DNA of 64,000 nucleotides from assembly GCF_902459465.1 (NCBI RefSeq), contig NC_047064.1, positions 2,914,001-2,978,000 on the forward strand, written 5' to 3'. Below the pieces are notes generated by a model. The model was not told where the DNA came from, made no database searches, and worked only from the letters and a program-made list of their open reading frames with translations. Positions 54,601 to 59,750 of the stretch are shown here, piece after piece. The DNA is from Asterias rubens (taxonomy: Eukaryota). The number at the start of each line of letters is the position of its first letter. Position 1 is the first letter of the stretch. The translations under genes and the position numbers were made by a program.

Positions 54601-57600
54601 CTGTAACTATCTGATGTAAGTAACCCCCCCCTTTTTTTTTTCCACAGGTCCCTCATACCTATTTTTAAAATCATCATACCTTTGATCTTGCTATTCTTAT
54701 TAATTGACCATTGTTAGTTGCATCATGATGCAACTTGCTCTCTAATCCTACCCTTTCATGTCTCCCTCCATTGTTGTCGAACAATACATTTACCACTTTT
54801 ATGGTCCAGTAACCCTTCCTTTCATTCTAAACATCCTTTGTCCTCGCCACTTCACTCCTATTGGTTCATAGCCCCCAATACTGTTTCTGAAATAGGAACT
54901 TTGATTGGCTGTTATTTTCCCGCTTCTTTCTGGATCCTTTCCTTAATCCCTTTCCCCCTCTCTTTTTCTATAAATGGATATGTATTTGTTTGTACTTGTC
55001 TTATGCCTCTGAAGAAGGTCCGGATTGGATCGAAAGCTAAGGCCATCTACCCTATTCATTATATTATATTCTACTTTAAATATCTTTCTAATCAAATGCA
55101 TTTTATAACCATCTGTTACAAACGCTTTTCAAAGATCAACTCGACCGATCCAAGGCAACGTGTTCCTTTAAAAAGTGTCACAAATTATTTCTAAGATATA
55201 ACAATTAACATTGGATGGGTATTTTTTTATCATCAAGAATTTTGCATAAAATGAATTTTAAAAGCAGTTTTGATTTCCACTGAAGATATTTCACTGAATT
55301 ATTTTCTCGTATTTGATACGCGAGATCGAGACTTGCACTATAATGTTAACCTACTTTGAAACCTTTTGGTAAACTTTTTCCATGCTGTAAAGAGCACAAT
55401 ATTATATATGCGATCGTATTATGTTTCCAAGAGCGTGATAAGGTATAACACTCTTTCTTCCAAATTTCACACGTATAGAGGGGGCGAAAAAAGGGTCGAG
55501 ATGGATTGCTTTTCGTTCGCCGATCATGCATGATAATACTTATGCACTGAACAGTAGATGCGCTGAATAAGATCACTCAATAAGACCACTCACTTGAACA
55601 TGTCTTGGTTTTTGCGCGTTGGTATCGCAAATACCAACTCGCACGCGCAGACTGTTGAATGAGGTGCATTGTGGGATATATATGGATCAAATTTGGATAC
55701 CAGCAAGACCACAATGCACCTAATTCCTAGCTTTACGCGCGCGCCCCGGTATTTGCGAAAAGTACTATGTAAGCGCCATGCTGTAAACCCTTCGCGGAGG
55801 TTCGTGGTTGCACGCTGTTGGTGCCTTTGTAAGGCCTTTACAAGTCGATTAAGGCTCGCCTCGACAATAAAAAATGTCTCTAAAATAAATATAAAAATTC
55901 TACTCTCTTGCTCCCTGGATAACATGCCACTGTATAAATATAGAAGCATTGTACGGTCACTCTCGTTAATACGAGGTCTGCCGGACATTGTCCTCGTTAT
56001 ATCTGAACGATCGGCTCATCCAGCAGCTTAGCCCCGCGGTTGTTTTGACAATTGTGCATGCTTTGCGAACGTGCTCAGGGCTTTAGACAATTACACGAGT
56101 ACGGAGCCTGAAGCTGAATCCAAAGCCGAAGCCGTGGATTCGAAAAGGGCCATGCATACTTATCACACGTGGGATAGTAATTTTGCCAACATTTTCAAAA
56201 GTTTCAATTGCAAACGCAATAACCATTTGCTGTCTTCTTGAACACTGCGTGGATTTTAAGTCTTTCGAGAGTGTTTCAAATTATTGTTTAATGTTTTAAT
56301 GTATTTGGTTATTGCGCATTTCATCATTCGATTAACGGGTGAACGACCGGAGTAATCCCTGCATCTTAAATTTGGTGGGAAACCTTGGGGAGGCAACTGT
56401 CTTATTGATTCGTCAGCGCAAAACCAGAGGCGCATTTCCTGTGAGAAATCACTTCACATGATCGATATGCATGAATTAGCATATGAGATCATCAGACTTG
56501 TATATGAAGACATATTTCTCATCTGAACTGTAAAAGGTAGAGACGTCTAAAGAGACTGCCCTGGAGTTGACCGCATCAATTCTTATGATGCAAAGGTTGT
56601 AGGAGGACAGACCTTCCCCTTTACCCGTCAAGTTGTGTTTATAAAAGGATCCAAACATCATGATATTTCCTTGTAGGTTATTATATCAATACCCAATCTC
56701 TCGAAAGCATTATTTTCGTTGCGTTTAGGCATGATTTGGATTAATTTGAATACAGCTTGTACAGTAGGGGTGTTGTTTTAATTGTAGGTTTCTTTGATTG
56801 TTAACATTGGCTGTTACTGCTTTTAGATATCACAAATATCAGAAATTTGCATATAGTTGCTATTTTTATTGCAACTACACATCTTTTTAACAAGAAGAGA
56901 ACATGTAGAGATTTTTAATTTGTGTTATTCTTTTCTACAGGCTTAGCTTTTAATTCTGATTTGATTCCGGTATTATAACTTTAAGTATTTAAAGATATAT
57001 TTAAAGGCAGTGGACACTATTGGTAATTACTCAAAATAATTGTTAGCATAAAACCTTTCTTGGTGACAAGTAATGGGGAGAGGTTGATGGTATAAAACAT
57101 TGTGAGAACCGGCACCCTCTGAAGTGCAATAGTTTTTGAGAAAGAAGTAATTTTCCACCAATTTGATTTCGAGACCTCAGATTTAGAACTTGAGGTCTCG
57201 AAATCAACCATCTAAACGCACACAACTTCGTGTGACAAGGGCGTTTTTTTCTTTCATTGTTATCTCGCAAGTTCGATGACCAATTGAGTTCAAATTTTCA
57301 CAGGTTTGTTATTTTATGCATATGTTGAGATACACAAACTGTGAAGGCTAGTCTTTGACAACTACCAATAGTGTCCAATGTCTTTAATAAATCATTTATA
57401 TTTAAATAAATAGGAGGAATTGGATCAGATATTTTAAAAATGACAAATTTACGATTTGATGAAAATCTACACAAAATCCAAGACTGTTTGCACAACATTA
57501 ATGACTTTATTAATTTCAGTGAGGTAATACTGTAGCCTCCACGTGTAACTTGTTATTTCTGCGGTATATAAAGTGTTTAATGTGACAGATCCATCAGCCT

Positions 57601-59493
57601 ATAGACGATGTGACCTTTGTGTACATTCAAACCGCCCTCTGTTGACGAAACACTATATACGTCATGTTTGGCCGGGCACTGAGTTGCGTAGTCCTAGTAA
57701 GATTGCGTACACTTTCTAACTGGCTGCCAAAACACAAAGGTTTTGCCCGGCGGTATGCGCGCGAATCATGTTATGGTTTTCGTGTGACGTCAGAGGTCAC
57801 ATCGTCTTATCAACCAGTTCCACGGCCCAGATGCATACTGGTTGCATAAGTAGCACATTTGAAGCAGGGTGTTATTAAAAGTCATCAAGCATTCAACGCC
57901 TGTAGGCAGTGGCTGACTGATATACTTCACTTACGGCCTAGAAACAAATGTTGAAGTCATTAACATTTAGATGTTCTATTTAAGAAGCATCGAAGCTTTG
58001 TTTCGTTTCACATTCTTAATGACGTTCAAAGGACCTGAAATTTTCATTTGAGGCCTTGGGAGCACAGACACTATTTGGAGGCTATATAATGTATTGACCA
58101 TTCATCACAAAAGCAGGTAATTGCTGTTGAGATAAATTTAAAGAGACAGGGGCAAAAGATGCACAGACAAGGCAAGGGATGAACGAAGAGATTTGAAACA
58201 CAAACATTCTGAAAGTGTTTTTGAGTAGGTTTTGTATGGAACGGCAGATTGTATGTAATTATACCGGTGTGTGAGTGTAGCATGGTTGTATACATTTTTG
58301 CATTCTGGCATCTTGTGTATCATATAGGTAAAGTTTACAATAGAATAGAAATAATATACATTTTGATACATATGCAAATGATGTGAATTCAACCCAAAAG
58401 TAATCCATTTGTGTTGGTTGTTGAACATGCTTATCTGCTGAAAAGCGAACCGAGGTCATTTCGTGTATAGGTCTACGGTGATGATTTGGTCGAAGATAAA
58501 CTTCATATATCTTAATAGCAGAGTCATCTCTGAAGTTGAAATACGCTCGTGGGATTGAACTACCTAAACATGCCTTTGAAAAACATTTCTTTGTGTCCAG
58601 GGAAATCACTAAGATATTGTGTTATTCCAATCATTATTGTGTCCAATTCAACGAAGAAAACATGAAGCTCATGTGCTCTCACATGGGACCGCCAACAGAC
58701 AATGTCTATAGATAGACAACAATGTATTTAAACTAAAGGCAATTGATTTGAGAGTCCACAGCGACTGATCTTTCCAATCGTGACAAGATAAACAACTATA
58801 CTCATTCTCAACTTGATATAAATGAAGAACTCTGTCGTGGTGCGTTCAGATTGGGGTTACAGTAGTCTGGTTCCTTTCCCGGTATGTTGGAGATTTGTGT
58901 TCATCCATTCATTCATTCATTCATTCATTCAATAATGGTTTTATTCTTTAAAGACCCTGGACACTATTGGTAGTTGTCAAAGACTAGTCTTCACAGTTGG
59001 TGTATCTCAACATATGCATAAAATAACAAACCTGTGAAAACTTGAGCGAGGTCTCGACATTAAGCATCTGAAAGCACATAACTTGTGCGACAAGGGAGTT
59101 TTTTCTTGCATTTGATATTCTCTCGCAACTTCGACGGCCAATTGAGTTCAAATGTCCATCTGTTTGTTATGTTATGCATATGTTGATGAGATACACCAAA
59201 TGAATAGACTGGTCTTTGACAATTACCAAAGGTGTCCAGTGCATAAAGATTAAACTAAGTTTGTTTGTGGAATATATCGTCTATCCAATTAATAACAAAC
59301 TCTTCTTCTTTTTCTCTTTCCTTTCCCCCCTTTCCAGAGAGGCTATGGTCGGCACCGGAGCTCCTTCGTCTACCGGAGATGCCCCTAGGTGGAACCCAAA
59401 AGGCTGATGTATATAGCTTTGGTGTCATTGTCCACGAAATCATATATAGAGAGAGTGTCTTCTACGTAGCTAATGTAGACCTGTCGCCTAAAG
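12498..59493 (+). CDS. NPR1: Receptor (transmembrane) guanylyl cyclase, natriuretic peptide receptor 1/2-like; partial, 11 internal exons: 12498-12633, 14140-14234, 21550-21691, 22840-22915, 30451-30574, 37759-37824, 39220-39297, 40430-40534, 43403-43474, 44730-44904, 59338-59493
   Basis: Manual splicing at GT-AG sites gives one open frame (intron phases 1,0,1,2,0,0,0,0,0,1): [23 protein letters not shown]...[29 protein letters not shown]...[38 protein letters not shown]...GNIIAIKK...[18 protein letters not shown]...[16 protein letters not shown]...[24 protein letters not shown]...RLWSAPELL...QKADVYSFG...DLSPK. These are hallmark NPR-family motifs. The symbol is family-level, since NPR1 versus NPR2 is a vertebrate split. 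Confidence 0.95.
14140..14234 (+). CDS. NPR1: NPR-like GC exon ([32 protein letters not shown])
   Basis: Acceptor ttgtccag, donor gtaagt, 95 nt; GxVxIDxNGDR motif. Confidence 0.95.
14983..15190. mobile_element. MITE family F (GGGCCAATTTTATAGAGCTGCT...AGCAGCTCTATGAAATTGGGCC)
   Basis: About 22-bp TIR; relatives at 28156-28338, with partial copies near 31625-31770 and 41475-41617. Confidence 0.8.
17584..17700 (-). mobile_element. Degenerate tRNA-derived SINE-like repeat
   Basis: Minus strand: ctccgttggtagtgcgccagcacgttaatcc (A-box-like) ... gttggttcatgccc (B-box-like), then a T-rich tail. Confidence 0.45.
18951..19289. mobile_element. MITE family C (TTAA|AGGAACACGTTGCCTTGGATCGG...)
   Basis: Long TIRs; central palindrome ggccatttatgggagtc/gactcccataaatggcc carrying a local duplication. 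Confidence 0.9.
20310..20569 (-). mobile_element. tRNA-derived SINE
   Basis: Minus strand: A box GTGGCCGAGTGG (20550-20561), B box GGTTCGAATCC (20491-20501), then a core gtgtccctgagcaagacact...ctccacccaggggtaaatgggtacc that resembles conserved central domains of metazoan SINEs; does not fold as a full tRNA. Confidence 0.8.
21550..21691 (+). CDS. NPR1: NPR-like GC exon (juxtamembrane Cys region: [47 protein letters not shown])
   Basis: Acceptor gtgttacag, donor gtaagt, 142 nt; WPxxxPPxDxPxCGF motif. Confidence 0.95.
21704..22072. mobile_element. MITE family A
   Basis: ttaa|aggcatggacactattgg ... ccaaatgtgtccaatgcct|ttaa. Confidence 0.88.
22305..22670. mobile_element. MITE family D
   Basis: ttaa|agggtctatg...gtaggacaaaaaaacacaacgtccacagattt; collinear with 3822-4208. 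Confidence 0.8.
22840..22915 (+). CDS. NPR1: NPR-like GC exon, transmembrane helix ([26 protein letters not shown])
   Basis: Acceptor cttcttcaacag, donor AG|gtacgt, 76 nt; hydrophobic stretch; phases fit both neighbouring exons. Confidence 0.9.
23641..23714. repeat. Minisatellite (about 21 bp, tccatcttgaaaagcccctcc)
   Basis: 3.5 tandem units. Confidence 0.75.
23974..24348. mobile_element. MITE family A
   Basis: ttaa|aggcttggacactatt ... aaggtgtccagtgcct|ttaa. Confidence 0.88.
25800..26132. repeat. Modular degenerate tandem repeat
   Basis: gaaaggcagagcaaa-type motif x3, ggctac runs x2, catgcgtcgaa x2, agcaacat x3. Confidence 0.6.
27344..27986. mobile_element. 643-bp non-autonomous TIR element, TA-flanked
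   Basis: Perfect 29-bp inverted repeat tactgatgaataacggcacacggtgatgt (27344-27372) / acatcaccgtgtgccgttattcatcagta (27958-27986). Confidence 0.75.
28156..28338. mobile_element. MITE family F
   Basis: tggcccaatttaatagagctgcttaagc ... ggcagttctataaaatttgacc. Confidence 0.7.
30451..30574 (+). CDS. NPR1: NPR-like GC exon ([42 protein letters not shown])
   Basis: Long poly-T tract then cgatttacag acceptor, donor gtaggt, 124 nt; ExELxxMxWxIxW motif. Confidence 0.95.
32850..33235. mobile_element. MITE family D, opposite orientation
   Basis: ttaa|aggattcggatactttttcaaaatgtcc ... tgaccct|ttaa. Confidence 0.8.
34670..34910. repeat. TIR element with multiple GGGTCA/TGACCC subterminal repeats
   Basis: acactc...gagtgt ends; similar TGACCC-rich tracts at about 2950-3012, 27655-27795 and 50278-50370. 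Confidence 0.55.
37612..37648 (+). ncRNA. Degenerate minimal hammerhead motif (probable Penelope/retrozyme 3'-end remnant)
   Basis: CCT CCGATAA A GAC-tctgctatg-GTC GAAA CG TC AGG; stems and the GAAAC/GUC side are intact, but the core has two substitutions relative to CUGAUGA. Confidence 0.6.
37759..37824 (+). CDS. NPR1: NPR-like GC exon ([22 protein letters not shown])
   Basis: Acceptor tttttattcacag, donor gtgagg, 66 nt; QIFxxTGxYK motif; absent from the ORF track because it is short. Confidence 0.9.
39220..39297 (+). CDS. NPR1: NPR-like GC exon ([26 protein letters not shown])
   Basis: Acceptor gacccgcag, donor gtaagt, 78 nt; VAIK-equivalent lysine. Confidence 0.95.
39510..39632. mobile_element. 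Diverged copy of the 59603-59750 palindromic MITE
   Basis: ggggtggcagcagacttacc ... ggtaagtctgcttcccccagcgttccaaagtctcc. Confidence 0.75.
40430..40534 (+). CDS. NPR1: NPR-like GC exon ([35 protein letters not shown])
   Basis: Acceptor ctcgtttcag, donor gtaaga, 105 nt. Confidence 0.97.
43403..43474 (+). CDS. NPR1: NPR-like GC exon ([24 protein letters not shown])
   Basis: Acceptor ctgttgcag, donor gtaagc, 72 nt. Confidence 0.95.
44730..44904 (+). CDS. NPR1: NPR-like GC exon ([58 protein letters not shown])
   Basis: Acceptor ttctcctttag, donor A|gtaagt, 175 nt; HGNLKSSN pseudokinase loop and DFG. Confidence 0.97.
46515..46557. repeat. (CAA)n microsatellite
   Basis: Seen directly. Confidence 0.9.
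47053..47209 (+). ncRNA. Tandem pair of minimal hammerhead-like motifs in 87-bp direct repeats
   Basis: ATGAAGA C GATCGG-AGCATA-CTAATC GAAA CGTC (47053-47086) and CTGAAGA C GATCAG-AGCATA-CTTATC GAAA CGTT (47140-47173); each is followed by agaaccaacact. Confidence 0.6.
47567..47940. mobile_element. MITE family B, opposite orientation
   Basis: ttaa|agccattggaccctttcgg ... ccgaaagggtccaatggct|ttaa; the interior is the reverse complement of 7441-7809. Confidence 0.9.
48771..49313. repeat. About 28-bp minisatellite (aaatgcgaacgtcgttgtaatgatgac) in two blocks separated by about 270 bp
   Basis: About 3 units at 48771-48855 and about 7 units at 49125-49313. Confidence 0.75.
50514..50607. repeat. 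Perfect 22-bp tandem repeat (gaagtgctactttcagtgttgt) x4.3
   Basis: Four identical abutting units with no spacers. Confidence 0.95.
51072..51380. mobile_element. MITE family A, internally deleted
   Basis: ttaa|aggcactggacactattgg ... aaggtgtccagtgcct|ttaa. Confidence 0.85.
52824..54491 (+). CDS. Penelope-like element ORF: reverse transcriptase + Cys-rich linker + GIY-YIG endonuclease (N-terminally truncated, 555 aa without stops)
   Basis: [58 protein letters not shown]; linker [12 protein letters not shown]; [19 protein letters not shown]...RFANH...ESHWI..L...PFGLN. The listed start at 52788 is a GTG inside the flanking MITE, not a real start codon. Confidence 0.95.
   Translation: MYNANDIEKDTFNYLLPHDPRTARFYLLPKIHKPNNPGRPIVSGNGSPTERISEFVDSFLKPLVCRIPSFIKDTKDFLHKLDEVKHQIPDSAILVTFDVSSLYTNIPHHEGMSACVSALNASNQSRPSVSHIKELMSHILMKNNFTFSDRHFLQVQGTAMGTKMAPSYANLFMSQLEDRLLSSAPNRPLVWWRFIDDIFSIWCGDQDSLDEFIAHINSFHPTIKFTTEQSLTSVNFLDVTITKSPNGLVTDVYSKPTDTHQYLLSNSCHPSHCKKAIAYSQALRIRRICSTDTLYKRRSSELRKHLVSRGHSERRVQLAINRALNVPRHTLLTNTGAKKPPTNRVALVTTFHPKLPKLPSILNNNMPILHSSSRLHSAITEVPMVAFRRPKNLGDILVRAKLPPGTVQTQPPTDILGCHKCTRSKCKTCLHIKPSLKVKSHTTGSSYNIKTDSECSTSNVVYVISCKRCGLQYVGETKTKLSLRFANHVSSIKTKKPYPVSIHFNSPNHSVIDVELLVIEACNGDDTHRKNRESHWIHQLKTVKPFGLNINTGVK
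55005..55043 (+). ncRNA. Minimal type I hammerhead ribozyme at the Penelope 3' end
   Basis: GCCT CTGAAGA A GGTCC-GGATT-GGATC GAAA GC TA AGGC: stem I GCCU/AGGC, intact CUGANGA and GAAA cores, 5-bp stem II (one G-U pair), palindromic AGCU stem III, CUA cleavage triplet. Confidence 0.85.
57001..57387. mobile_element. MITE family A, full length (about 380 bp, central palindrome ttcgagacctca...tgaggtctcgaa)
   Basis: ttaa|aggcagtggacactattggta ... taccaatagtgtccaatgtct|ttaa. Confidence 0.9.
58948..59247. mobile_element. MITE family A, rearranged copy with two right arms in inverted orientation
   Basis: 58948-59048 is the reverse complement of the family right arm; the sequence then switches at gaggtctcga to forward orientation and ends with a second right arm. 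Confidence 0.75.
59338..59493 (+). CDS. NPR1: NPR-like GC exon ([52 protein letters not shown])
   Basis: Long pyrimidine tract then tttccag acceptor, donor G|gtaaac, 156 nt; WxAPELL and DVYSFG motifs. Confidence 0.96.
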
Positions 59494-59602
59494 GTAAACC
59501 ACACGATAAACCACCATCAGATAAACCCATGTTCTCTCATTTATCGTTAACCATTCAAATGCACATAATTGCTGCAAACTGAGGTATATCATATACAGCT
59601 CT

Positions 59603-59750
59603 AATGGGAGACTTTGGGACACTAGGTGGCAGCAGACTTACCAGGTAAATATCCATTGTTTACGTAGTTCTGAGCGTGCGCACATGACCGGAAACAATGG
59701 ATTTTACCTGGTAAGTCTGCTGCCACCAAGCGTCCCAAAAGTCTCCCATT
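59603..59750. mobile_element. Near-perfect palindromic MITE (arms about 58 bp)
   Basis: aatgggagactttgggacactaggtggcagcagacttaccaggtaaa ... tttacctggtaagtctgctgccaccaagcgtcccaaaagtctcccatt; relative at 39510-39632. Confidence 0.85.

Larger units (their letters stand above)
52823..55062 (+). mobile_element. Penelope-like retroelement (Neptune-type), 5'-truncated, inside host intron 44905-59337
   Basis: RT + GIY-YIG ORF, about 570-nt 3' region ending in a hammerhead motif and a short AT-rich tail; flanked by a 17-nt near-duplication (attatattctacgttaa 52806-52822 / attatattctactttaa 55063-55079). Confidence 0.93.
52528..55171. mobile_element. MITE family C split by the Penelope-like insertion (parts 52528-52822 and 55063-55171)
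   Basis: Left end ttaaaagaacacgttgccttgg, right end ccaaggcaacgtgttcct|ttaa; joining the two parts reproduces the layout of 18951-19289. Confidence 0.88.

Noticed and set aside
59335-59341. Tandem acceptors CAG-AG-AG
   Set aside because: The alternative AGs are 2 and 4 nt downstream and would shift the frame; only the first fits the phase.
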